Shown here piece by piece: positions 24,916 through 36,347 of a stretch of DNA of 64,000 bases. This DNA is from Eledone cirrhosa. Its lineage: Eukaryota. Below the pieces are notes generated by a model that saw only the letters and a list, made by a program, of their open reading frames with translations, had not been told where the DNA came from and did not search any database. How positions within the stretch are numbered: position 1 is the stretch's first letter; each line of letters opens with the position of its first letter. Made by a program: the position numbers and the translations under genes. Location of the stretch: NCBI GenBank assembly GCA_964016885.1, contig OZ024741.1:110484001-110548000 (forward strand). Reading direction: 5' to 3'.

Positions 24916-27469
24916 AAGCTGGTGTTTGGAACATAACTTAATGGTTCTTACATAAAATTATGATGGAAGTTTTTTAGATAAATATTTACCTTTTAATCTT
25001 TCCATCACCATATTTTTAATAAAAGGCACTGCTTTATAATTTTCATAATGACTTTTGAGAGATTTACTAATATATTAAGCTAGTATTTGTAACATAACTT
25101 AACAAAGGTTCTTACATAAATTTATGATGGAAGGCTTTAGGAAGGGCATCCAGCCGTAGAAAACCCGCCAGACAGCCCTGAGCAAGACAACCAATCTTGC
25201 CTCAAGTGGAACAATTTCCGTCCAGACCCATGCTAGCGTGGAAAATGGACGTTAAACGATGATGATGATAAACACTATAAAATAAACAACCTTGGTATCA
25301 TGGAACCAAGGGCAGTTTCAGGTGGATAGGTATCAAAATGGTTATTCACTGAACATTAAGGGTGGATAATTAGGGCCGAAGCTATAAAATACTCATTTCC
25401 CAGTAGATGATGAGAAATTCTATAATACCCTTTATACTCTCACTCCCACATAATTATTCTACTCGTTTTGTAAAAGTCATTAAAATTGGATACTTTACTG
25501 TGCATGGTAATGTAATTGTGTATTTGTGTTTGTGGTAGTGAGTTTGTGTGGTTGTGTGTATTGTATTATGTAATTGTGTGTGTGTATGTATGTATGTGTG
25601 TATTTCACATGGTGTCCTCACTACCCACCTACACCACCCCACATGTCCACACTACATCACCATACATGTCCTCACTGCCATAGTACTCCACCACACGTCC
25701 TCACTACCACACTACACAACTTACACATGCCTTCAGTACTACATTGAATAATGTAGTCCAAGATACTCTATGCCTGAGCTTCCCAAACTTTTGTTGACAA
25801 CCTCTCTAGTATCGGTGACATAATAAAATGCACCCCATACATTCTGTAAAATGGTTGATGATAAGAAGGGTATCCAACCTTAGAAAACATACCTAACAAA
25901 GGGTTGAGAGAGAACACTTCAGTTGCTGGTGCCATGGTAAAATCACAGAACCAATACTTATACTTTCCAGACAATCTCACCTCAATCATTTTAATATGAT
26001 ATCAAATGAAACAAAAATAACTTTAGAGAAAGAATTTATTCATCATCATCATCATTATCACTGTTTAGTGTCCATTTTTCCATGCTTGCATGGGTTAGCT
26101 AGGTTGTCCATGTTGGGAGCCAAGTCTGGACAGAATTGATCATGCCATACCTTGCTCCAATGATAACTGTAAATTTGGCCGGGTATTTTACAGCTGGATG
26201 CCTTTCCTAACACTAACCACATTTATATGTATATTATATAAATTTTTATTGTATATTGTTTAAAAAAAAGACACTTTATCTTGCAGAACCCTAGAAAAAA
26301 TAGGATAAGATGGTCAAAGCTGTAATATTGTTGATCACACATTTGCTTAATCATGACCAGCCTAGGACTAAACAACAATCATCTGACACCAACCTGACTA
26401 AAACAGGCTCTGGTTCTATGGAATAAAAGATCTACACTTTTTAAAATGTTTCTATTTAAATATAAGAACCCTATGTTAAGTTACTATTTTAGTAATGAAT
26501 TAATTGAATATTTTTAATCAGTCCCTTAAAATTTGTCGGTGAATTTCATTAGATATATGGTCCCTTCACATAGATTTCATTTATGTCCCCATGTATTCTC
26601 CCTTGTAGAGGATGTCCTACATATCTCTCTGAACTCCTGTTATTCTGGCAACTAGGAAGAGAATGTTATTGGCTACAATCTATTATATTTTATTCAGAAG
26701 CTACACATTTAGAAATAGACCAGTTTGTGGTTTAAGTCTATGGAATGTGTGTTTTTCATACTTTTGTGTCATATTTCTTATATATATATATATACACACA
26801 CCTTTGTTAGCAGCATGACCCTCCCAAAGTATAACAATATATATATATATAATGTGTGTGTGTGTCTACAGATAAATCTGTTCATGAAATGTGTATGTGC
26901 ACTCATATACATATATATTAATGTGATGAATACTAGTGTGTATGTTGTTTATGTGCACACACATATATATATATAATGATGATGATGTAAATATATTATG
27001 TGGTAAAGTGGTAAATACTAGTGCGTATGTTGTTGTGTAATCCTACTACATATAAGTATGTGTATATATGAGAGGGGGAGGGGTGAAGTTAAAGGAAGAG
27101 AGTGTGTCTAATTCTTGAGTCATATTCTATTGACTGCGTTCTACATTTACATATTTTATTTATGATTTTATATTTCATTCTTATGTGACATAAAATGGAT
27201 ACTGGGAATTTTGCCATTGCTCCCCCCCCCCTCCATATACCTTGTGGAAAATAGTGGGGTTTTTTTAGAAAGCAATGTAAATTGGACAGTAAATGTTTAA
27301 AATATGATAGCAATGATATTGGAGTGTTACTTTATAGTTCTTTATAGGTCCTGATATTTTGGAGGTTACTTTAAAGTTCTTTATAGGTCCTGATATTTTG
27401 GACTATAATCTTTTCATCAAAAGATTAATAGAAGAAACTAGTTTAGAGCGGTATATTTATTTATCTATC

Positions 27470-27680
27470 ACTTAAATTTAACATTTAAACCGGCTATATC
27501 CAGCCAAAATTCTCTCACCTTTTTCTGTTCAAACCGGCTGTAACCAGCCACTCATACCAATGTTAAGGTATTGTTCTCAAAATAAATATCAAAATCATAG
27601 ATTCAATATTATGTGAGGTAAAGCCTTTCCTGTGAAAATACAATAATAAATATAGAGTAATGCAAATGCTAAAAGGTTAA
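27470..27680. mobile_element. piggyBac-type MITE (family 1), copy 2
   Basis: Homologous to 5855-6063; ends gctaaaaggttaa. Confidence 0.75.
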
Positions 27681-27745
27681 GCTGCCTTTTTTGGAAATTT
27701 AAAAAAAAAAAAATTTTTCTTTTCAAAGAAAAAAAATTCAAAACA

Positions 27746-28367
27746 TCTATATATCTAAAACAGAGAATGTCTGTCTGTCTGACTCCCTAAAACTCGAGAA
27801 CCACCCAACCGATTGTTTTCAAACTTTACAGATGTAATACTTATGGTCCTGTGAGTGTTTTGAGAAAAATAATTTTAAATTTTCAATGTCTTAAGGACCG
27901 CATTAGGCGATTTAGCGATCTCTCTCTATAATTCTTAGTCTTTCTTTTTAAATAGATACATAGATATAACGTTGTGCCCTTATAATATCTGTTGTATGTC
28001 TGGCTGTCTGCATTACGACATTATGATGCTGTGTGTGTGTGTATATGTATATATAGTGTGTATGTATATATATATATATATATAGTGTGTAACGTTTTTC
28101 GAAATATTTACTTCTGTGTTCACAGATTGATTTTTTTAGTTTCAGAAGATCCCATTAAGGGTGAAAGCAGCGAATTTTTTTTTTTTATTTGCTTAAACTT
28201 TAATCTGTTATTTTAATATATATAATTATATATTCGTGTACAGATATTTTTGCATACACAATAACAAAATATAAACAAACGTATTTATTTCACGAGGCTC
28301 GATAAGGATAATCAAATATATAAGAACCCTAGAGCAAATCCCGAGCAACGCCGAGCCATTCTGCTAG
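27746..28367 (+). mobile_element. Non-autonomous Helitron, copy 2
   Basis: A|TCTATATATCTAAAACAG ... CCCGAGCAACGCCGAGCCATTCTGCTAG|T. Confidence 0.85.
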
Positions 28368-28539
28368 TAGTAACTAAATGCAGTAGAATTATCCTGTATA
28401 TATAACTCGAAACATTAACATTTACCATTCAATACACATTGCCATAGCTTTCAAACAAAACACTATTTTCTACACTTTATACTTCAAGCAAACTACAGCA
28501 CTCTCTTATACCTTGTGGAGTTAGGACAGATCTTCTCTG

Positions 28540-29095
28540 TTTCGCTGATGATCAGTTGTTCAATCAATTGTCTGTCCATCTTGTTAAATTGTGTAAGTGG
28601 TTGAGTATTCCATAGTTACATATACTCTTAAGAAAATTACTGTGACACAATATGTGACAAGGCTGGGCCTTTGAATTACAGATAGAGTCCATCTTGTATT
28701 GGGGAAAATGTGGTTGAGTATTCCACAGTTACATACATTTGTATTTTGGTTAAATAAATGCAACACAATATGTGACCTGGCTGGACCTTTGAATTACAGG
28801 TATAATTGATCTTGTATTATAGAAAAAGTGGTTGAGTATTCCACAGACATGTGTACCCTTAATGCAATCCTCAGGGAGAATGAATGTGACAAAGTATATG
28901 ACAGAGCTGAACCTTTGAATTACAGGTACAATTCATCTAATAAGCTTCCATTCAGTTTCTGTATACTGAATTTCATTCACAAGGCTTAGGTCAACCCAAG
29001 ACTGGTAAAGATACTTGCTCAAGATGCCACACAGCAGGATTAAACCCAAGATATCATGATTGCAAAGTGAACTTCCTAACTGCTTGGCCATGCTT
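28540..29095 (-). mobile_element. tRNA-derived SINE with tandem tail units
   Basis: Reverse complement of the family at 5265-6160. Confidence 0.65.
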
Positions 29096-29719
29096 GTGTG
29101 TTTATACACTATATCAAGATCACTTCTTTCCAAAAGATACCTTATGACACACTGGTTTGACATGAGATGTTTCTAGGTTTGCTTCAAAAATAATTAAAAG
29201 GTTGGAAAATATCCACTGAAATTCTAAATATTAGGGAATGTATGCACAAGACATGGTCTGCTGTCTGGCATAGTCTCAGAGCATGGCAGCCTATCTGCCT
29301 TGGAGGATGTGGGAAATAGCTGTTTAATCAATGATGAGGATGTAGCCCACCACCCAACACACCCCAGATACACCTCACCTGTCCTATTTAGGCATACATG
29401 CATGAAAAGCTGGACTCACTCCACACCTTGCCCACAATACTGCTGTCATAATGAAGACCACCTAATACACCCTATAAGGTGATAGTGCTGGTGCCACAAC
29501 AACAAAAGACCTGGTCCACCCTGTAAGGTGATCGTGCTGGTGACTGCATCCAGTCCACTCTGTAAGGAGGTCATGCTTGTAGCCAGTCCACTCTATAAGG
29601 TTCCACGATATAAATACCCAGTCTACACTGTAATATGTTTAGTGTTAGGAAGGGTATCCAACCATAGAAACTAAGCCAAAAAACAGATCCATATAAACAA
29701 GACATGCTCACCTGAGTTG

Positions 29720-29995
29720 ACTAGTAATGTATTGGTGTCAATATAAACTTTTCCTTTCCCACAAATTGCTGGCCTTGTGCCTTAATTAGAAATCACTATT
29801 ATTATTATTATTGGCAGTATCAGTAGAGCGTCAGACACCATGCTTTGCAGCACAGTTATGGCCCTTTACATTCTGAGTTCAAGTTCCACCGAGGTTAGCT
29901 TTGCCTTTCATCCTTACGGGTTCGATAAAATAAAGCACCAGTAATGCACTGGAGTAATTGCTGGCCTTGTGCCAAAAGTAGAAACAATTATTATT
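29720..29995 (+). mobile_element. Meta/MESC-like SINE plus the tail of a preceding copy
   Basis: gagttcaagttccaccgaggttagctttgcctttcatcc core; (ATT)n junctions. Confidence 0.75.
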
Positions 29996-30285
29996 ATAGA
30001 CGAGTTGAGAAAGAAACTGGGTATAAGAGGGATAAGTTGTGGTGTGCAGGAGAGAAGGCTGAGATGGTATGGACATGTGATGCGCATGGAGGATGACCGC
30101 TGGGTGAAGAAGTGCCGGGAAGACGCATTAGAAGTAGACCACGAAAAACGTGGGCAGAGGTGGTGAGAGCAGATCGCTGAAACTCACCGAGATGATGACG
30201 AAGGACTGTGGCAAGTGGAGAGATGCTGTGCTGAATAGGACCCGTGCAAGCAGGGAAAAGCGGACGTAAAATGATGATGATGATT
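29996..30285 (+). mobile_element. RTE LINE (family B) 3' fragment
   Basis: ERRLRWYGHVMRMEDDRWVKKC; tail gcaagcagggaaaagcggacgtaaaa(TGA)n. Confidence 0.85.
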
Positions 30286-30299
30286 AGTGTAGATGGAGA

Positions 30300-30545
30300 A
30301 TAAACCAGAGTATTTAGTCTTCTGTCAAGTCACAACAAGGACCTCAGACAGATAATACTTTCCTTAAAATCTGCAGAGTGCCTAGTAAGGCTGATTTTTG
30401 TATGACACCAATCTTGCATGGTATTCTCAACCATTTTAAGAAGGCTTGGAATTTCAATAGGATTCATCTTAATGCTCCAATCACAACTGCTATCACTTTC
30501 ACATTATCCTCTCACATTCCAAACAGTTTTGCCATCTCCACTTTC
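30300..30545 (-). pseudogene. 3' end of an R4/Dong-type non-LTR retrotransposon
   Basis: Minus translation EMAKLFGM*EDNVKVIAVVIGALR..IQKSALLGTLQILRK, typical of the C-terminus after the RLE domain. Confidence 0.65.
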
Positions 30546-30869
30546 AATTTTATTACTATTGTTATTATTATTTCCAATATTGGCTCAAGAAAAAAGTTAA
30601 TTATATTGACCTCAGGGGGGTACTTTATTTTATTGACCCCCAGGAGGATGACAGGCAAAGATAACCTCAGCAGGATTTGAAACCTAGAACAAAAGCCACA
30701 AAGCATTTTGTCCGATGCATCAATGATTCCTCCAATCCAAATAATAATAATAATAATAATAGATGGAGCAGTGGTGGAAGATGATAAATATTTCTTTATC
30801 TGAACAACATATTTTGTTTGATGTAAGACATAAAATTTATTCTACTGAGGCATGGAATCTTATTTTCAC

Positions 30870-31175
30870 TATCCTCATCATCATCACCACTAACACCAAC
30901 TTCATAGCAACTATGGTTACCACTATCATTTCCACGACTATCAGCGCCATCATCACCACCACCATCATAATTACCATCATCACCATCATCTCCATTAGTC
31001 TCATTACCATCATCACTCATCATCATCAACATCACCATCATCACCGCCATGATCATCACCATCGTCACCACCATCATCATCACCATCGTCACCACCATCA
31101 TCATCACTGTCACCACTGTCACCATCATCACCGCCACCATCATCACTGCTATCATCACCATCCCTGCCACCATCA
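30870..31175. repeat. (CAT/CAC)n degenerate trinucleotide microsatellite
   Basis: Directly visible; source of the poly-His/Ile/Thr ORFs. Confidence 0.95.
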
Positions 31176-31916
31176 TATTAATATATTCTTGCTTCAGAAG
31201 ACTTCATTTTGGCACTGTAAACCCAACAAACTATATCTATTCCCAGTTGATTTGGCTCTTCACCAGTTGGTTTCTCTCACAGGTCTTATCTGTCTTACTA
31301 CACACATCCTGCCCCAATTTCTCTGGCAGTGTCTTGCCAAAGATAGAAGGCCAATGTGAGTAATAATTCCCACCACAGCACTAATATTCACTAACCTACC
31401 AATACTACCAATAATAAACTCATCATTGTACCCCCTTATAGTCACTTGCACACCACTGAATCCTTATCAAACCACCATCACAAAAACCACCACTACCACC
31501 ATATCATCACCAAGCCATCACCACAAAGCCACCACCATCAGCAGCAACACTACCACAATATCACCACAAAGCCACCACCATCAGCAGCAACACTACCACA
31601 ATATCACCACTACCACAGCCACTACCATCATCATAATTACTACAACTCTACTTAGTCAATACCTATGGTCATTATATAATGTCTAATATTTGCCAAATAA
31701 AACATGTAAAACAAGATAGATGCCACAATATAATACTACTTCAGATACACATACAAAGTATATATAAGCATCAAACTTCACCTTTTGTTTTCATTATTCA
31801 ACACATACACACATACAAAAGGCAAACAGAAATAACAAAGCAAACGACACAGTACAATGAAGAAATATAGTATTAGTTTTATGCTTGATATAGTAGGAAA
31901 AGAGTCTTAACGTTAT

Positions 31917-33928
31917 ATCATCATCATCATCATCATCATCAACGTTTAACGTCCGTGTTCCATGCTTGCATGGGTTTGGACGGGGGTAGTCCCACTTGAG
32001 GCAAGAGTGATTGTCTTGCTCGCATAGGACTGTCTGGCAGGTTTTCTACAGTTGGATGCCCTTCCTAACACCAACCACATTTACAGTGTGGGTCTGGGAG
32101 GTTTTTACCGTGTTGCCTACACGGCCACATTACAGCGTGGACTGTGTTTTTTTTTTTTTTTTTTGTCGTGACACCTACACGATCTCATTTGTTTCGGCCT
32201 CGATGGCGCGGCACCAACATAACTTTACATAGAACGGGGTGGTGTGGATCGGGTGGGGGTGGTGGTGGTGGGACGGGGTGTATTTTGTTAGAGATGCCTA
32301 CTGGCTGGAGTAGGTTTTACTATATATTTAGGTAAGGCGGGTCTTCTCTGTTACTGAGTACCGCCAAAGGTCTCGGTCCAGTGACATTGTCTTGGAGAGG
32401 TGTAAGTGTGTGATGTCGGAGTTTATCAGCTCGTCCCAGGTTTTTCTATGTCTGCCTATTCCGTGACTACCGTCTATCTTTATTGCCCTGCACTTTGTTA
32501 TACAGCTATCGACTTTCATGCGCATCACGTGTCCATACCAACGTAGCCTTCTCTCGAGTAAACAACATCTGATCCCTCTTATCTCTAATTTTTTCCTTAG
32601 TTCGTTTATGCTTTGCCGTTCACGTATATTACTGTTACACATCCAGCGGAGCATGCAAGCTTCGTTCCTCTCTAGTCTGCGTATATCCTCTGCACACAAT
32701 GCCCAGGTCTCACTGCCATGCAGCATTGCTGTTCGTATGCAGGCATCGTACAACCTGCCTTTCATTTTTAGTGAGAACCCTTTAGCAGCTAATAGTGGTA
32801 TAAGCTCTCTGAACTTTTTCCAACCAGTTCTGACTCTAGCTACAGTACTTTCAGAGCACCCTCCCCCACTGCTGATTTTATCGCCCAGGTAACGGAAGCT
32901 GTCCACTATTTCTATAGAACCCTCTGCGCAATTGAAAGAGCTAGTATTTTGTGGGCACTTGCTGCTACTTATTGCACCAGAGCACCGGCCACATGTAAAA
33001 TCTATGTTCTTAGTTAGCTTACCTGTGATCCCACTACATCTTTTATGCACCCATACTTTGCATTTAGGACATAAAATGGAGTTTCTACCTACGCCTTTCC
33101 TACACACCGAGCACGACCATTTCCCAGAAGGGACCGCCGCCTTGTTTTCTTTCCTACAAACTAGTACTTTGGTCTTAGCCAGGTTAATTTTAAGTCCTTT
33201 TGACTCTAGGCCGTGCTTCCATGTTTGGAATTTCTTCTCTAGCTCGGCCATTGATTCCGCTATGAGTGTCAGGTCGTCTGCGTATAGGAGTTCCCATGGG
33301 CAGCCTGTCTTGAACTCCTCTGTTATAGCCTGAAGGGCAATAATAAATAGTAGTGGACTGAGAACAGAGCCCTGATGGACGCCAACTTTTACGCTAAACT
33401 CTTCACTATATTCGTTGTTAATTCTAACCTTGCTGACTGTTTCTTTATACATGGCTTGTATAGCCCTCACAAGCCATTCGTCAACGCCTAGTTTTCTAAG
33501 AGCCCACCAGATAATGGAGCGGGGGACTCTGTCGAAGGCTTTCTCCAAGTCGACAAAAGCTAAGTAGAGGGGTTTACCTTTAGCTAGGTACTTCTCCTGT
33601 AGTTGTCGTACTATGAAAAGAGCGTCTGTGGTACTTTTGCCTGACACAAACCCGAACTGCATTTCATCTAGGTCAATTCTCTCTCTGATTAGTTGCGCTA
33701 TTACTTTTTCCGTGACCTTCATGACCTGGTCGATTAATTTAATGCCTCTATAGTTACTCCTATCTAGGGCGTCTCCTTTACCCTTATAACAGTTAACGAT
33801 GATGCTGCTATGCCAGTCCTTCGGAACAACCCCATTCTGTACGACTTGGTTAACTATGCGGGTGACCATGGTGTGTCCCACCGTGCCAGATGCCTTCAGC
33901 ATCTCAGCAACTATTTCCGAAGGCCCAG
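31917..33928 (-). mobile_element. 5'-truncated RTE-clade LINE (family A), young copy
   Basis: Uninterrupted RT ORF, ~400-bp 3'UTR, (TGA)n tail; endonuclease domain absent. Confidence 0.95.
32328..33902 (-). CDS. RTE LINE reverse transcriptase (N-terminally truncated) with embedded PHD-type zinc finger
   Basis: 524-aa ORF: NYRGI, QFGF, FVDLEKAFD, GVHQGSVLSPLLF, YADD, C4HC3 finger, FRYLG, GSETW, RRLRWYGHV. Confidence 0.93.
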   Translation of the reverse strand: MLKASGTVGHTMVTRIVNQVVQNGVVPKDWHSSIIVNCYKGKGDALDRSNYRGIKLIDQVMKVTEKVIAQLIRERIDLDEMQFGFVSGKSTTDALFIVRQLQEKYLAKGKPLYLAFVDLEKAFDRVPRSIIWWALRKLGVDEWLVRAIQAMYKETVSKVRINNEYSEEFSVKVGVHQGSVLSPLLFIIALQAITEEFKTGCPWELLYADDLTLIAESMAELEKKFQTWKHGLESKGLKINLAKTKVLVCRKENKAAVPSGKWSCSVCRKGVGRNSILCPKCKVWVHKRCSGITGKLTKNIDFTCGRCSGAISSSKCPQNTSSFNCAEGSIEIVDSFRYLGDKISSGGGCSESTVARVRTGWKKFRELIPLLAAKGFSLKMKGRLYDACIRTAMLHGSETWALCAEDIRRLERNEACMLRWMCNSNIRERQSINELRKKLEIRGIRCCLLERRLRWYGHVMRMKVDSCITKCRAIKIDGSHGIGRHRKTWDELINSDITHLHLSKTMSLDRDLWRYSVTEKTRLT

Positions 33929-33951
33929 TCTATATATGCGTGTGTGTGTGT

Positions 33952-34701
33952 ATCATCATCATCATAATCATTTTATGTCTGCTTTTCTCTGCTTGCAAGA
34001 GTGGGATGGGTCCTATTCAGCACAGTACGGTCCTTTGTCATCTCCTCTGTGAGCTTCAGTGATCTGAGGTCTGCTCTCACCACCTCCGCCCATGTTTTTC
34101 GTGGTCTTCCTCTACTGCGATTTCTTGGCACTTCTTTACCCAGCAGTCATCCTCCATGCGCATCACATGTCCATACCATCGCAGTCTTCTCTCCCGCACA
34201 CTACAACTTATCCCTCTTATACAGTTTCTCTCTCAACTCATCTATGCTTGGTCGTTCACGCACATTGACATTACACATCCAACAGAGCATGCTTGCTTCA
34301 TTTCTCTCCAGCCGTCGCATATCCTCTGCAGTTGCTGCCCATGTCTCGCTACCATGCAGCATTGCGCATCTCACACAGGCATCATATAACCGGCCTTTTG
34401 TATGCAGGGAGAAACCTTTCTTTGTCAACAGAGGAAGCAGCTCCCTAAACTTCTTCCAACCCGTCCTTATTCTAGATACTATGGCCTCGGAACCCCCCCC
34501 CCCCTGCTAATCTGATCACCTAGGTACCAGAAGCTATCAACCACTTCTATAGAACCTACCTGCTTTTAAAAAAATGTGTCTATCACTGCGACTGCGACTA
34601 CTATCAAATTTCCCTGTACATCTGCATACATAGTTTTCCCTACCTGTTAGTTTGCCTGCTATCCCACTACATCTGTTGTGTACCCAAGATCTGCATTGTG
34701 T
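33952..34701 (-). mobile_element. RTE LINE (family B) fragment
   Basis: KGRLYDACVRCAMLHGSETW; frameshifted; (CAT)n tail; homologous to 48858-49785. Confidence 0.9.
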
Positions 34702-35019
34702 ACTTATCTTCTCTACTCCCTATATTCAGACTAATGTAAAATTTTAAAGGATTTTGCATGTTTGTTTGCGTTGCTAGGAAATGGCGATTTCCTAGCCTCT
34801 GTTATCCTAAACGCAGCTATTCTATACGAGCTATTTTCCATTACAAATATATATACGTACGTACATACACAACACAAACAGCTATATAAATACAAACAGA
34901 CATTAGTACATATATTTATATATATATAAATAAACATCGAAAGAAGGAAATTGACAATTTTTCACTTATCTTTTCTACTCTCTATATTCAGACCATGTAT
35001 ACATACATATACATGCATG

Positions 35020-35063
<44 letters not shown>

Positions 35064-35529
35064 ACTATTTGTATGTATGTATGTATATGTATATATTTAT
35101 ATCTATATATATATATGTGTGTGTGTGTGTTTAGCTGATAGCCTGCCAATACTCTATCAGCAATACTCTATTGAATAATAGATTACATTTATTGCTATTA
35201 GTTTGAATATATAATATATATATATATATATATATTGTTGTTAAGGTTTCCCTAGCGTTGACTAGTGATAATGTAGGGCTAGGTGTATTCTATATTACCA
35301 AAACACAACAACCTTATCAGTTATCAGTATAAATGCCCTCAACAGGAAACTATGTGGATAATGTCATTAAGTGTATTTATTTACATTACAGCTTCAAATC
35401 TAGTTGCTTAATGTTTTAAAGATTTCATCAGAAATGCCGGTAATTATATATGATTTGTTCAAATGTGGCATTTAAAATCTTCAAAGTGAAACATTACATT
35501 ACTTCCCTGTTCCAGCCTAGCAATTACAA

Positions 35530-35850
35530 ACATGCTTCTTCTTTGCCTTTTCTTCTTCTTTGACTCTGTCTCCTTCTTCTTTGATTTTTGTCTTTGTCTT
35601 CTGTCCTTGCACTCTTATTCCTGCAAGGGTTGTGGCAGCAGACTCCTCAAGCATGCCTTCTAGCATGTCCTATTGGAAGCAACTGTTTCCAATTGATGGG
35701 ACTGGGTCCCAAGTGAGATTAACCGAACTCATGGATGTTATCCAACCGTTTTGCTCATGGTCTAACTCTGGGTCCCCTGCCAGTTAGCTTTATCTATAGA
35801 ATCTGTCCAGCAATTCTTTCCTTAGACATTCTAACCACTTCTCCGTAGTA
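35530..35850 (-). mobile_element. RTE (Expander/Rex3-like) LINE 3' end
   Basis: Minus translation ..LETVASNRTC*KACLRSLLPQP; (GAA)n-like tail. Confidence 0.55.
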
Positions 35851-36316
35851 TGAGCTGTAATCTTTCAATTATCACCCATATTAAAGAAACTTCATTTAGT
35901 TGATTGCGAGAGTAATCTCGGCACAGCATTGCCAAATGATTAAGAAGTTTTCTTCGCAATCATTAAGTTCTGGGTTTGAGCGAAATTGGGTAGATGGAAA
36001 CTTTGGAAGCCTGTCAGATGGACTAGCTATAATTCAAAAAGTGAGCCTTCTCACATACTCCTGAGAATTACATTAAGGTTACATGTGTCTATAGAATGTT
36101 AAGTGACTTTCACATAAACTGGAACTCATCTTCAAAACTGATGAAGTTCTATTGTACTAGTCAAATACTTTCCAGCTTCAATCCCATTGCATGACATCTT
36201 GGGTGTTTTTCACTGTAGCCTCGAGTTGGCCAATACTTTTTTTGTGCAATTTGGTAGATAGGCACGGTGAGAAAGTCCATTGTATATGTGTATGTTTGTG
36301 ACTGTGTGTATGTGTG

Positions 36317-36347
<31 letters not shown>

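Noticed and set aside
30763-31359. 198-aa His-rich ORF with an apparent transmembrane segment
   Set aside because: Translation of a (CAT/CAC)n microsatellite, open in several frames on both strands
32518-33333. Plus-strand ORFs of 124 and 133 aa
   Set aside because: Antisense shadows of the RTE reverse transcriptase ORF
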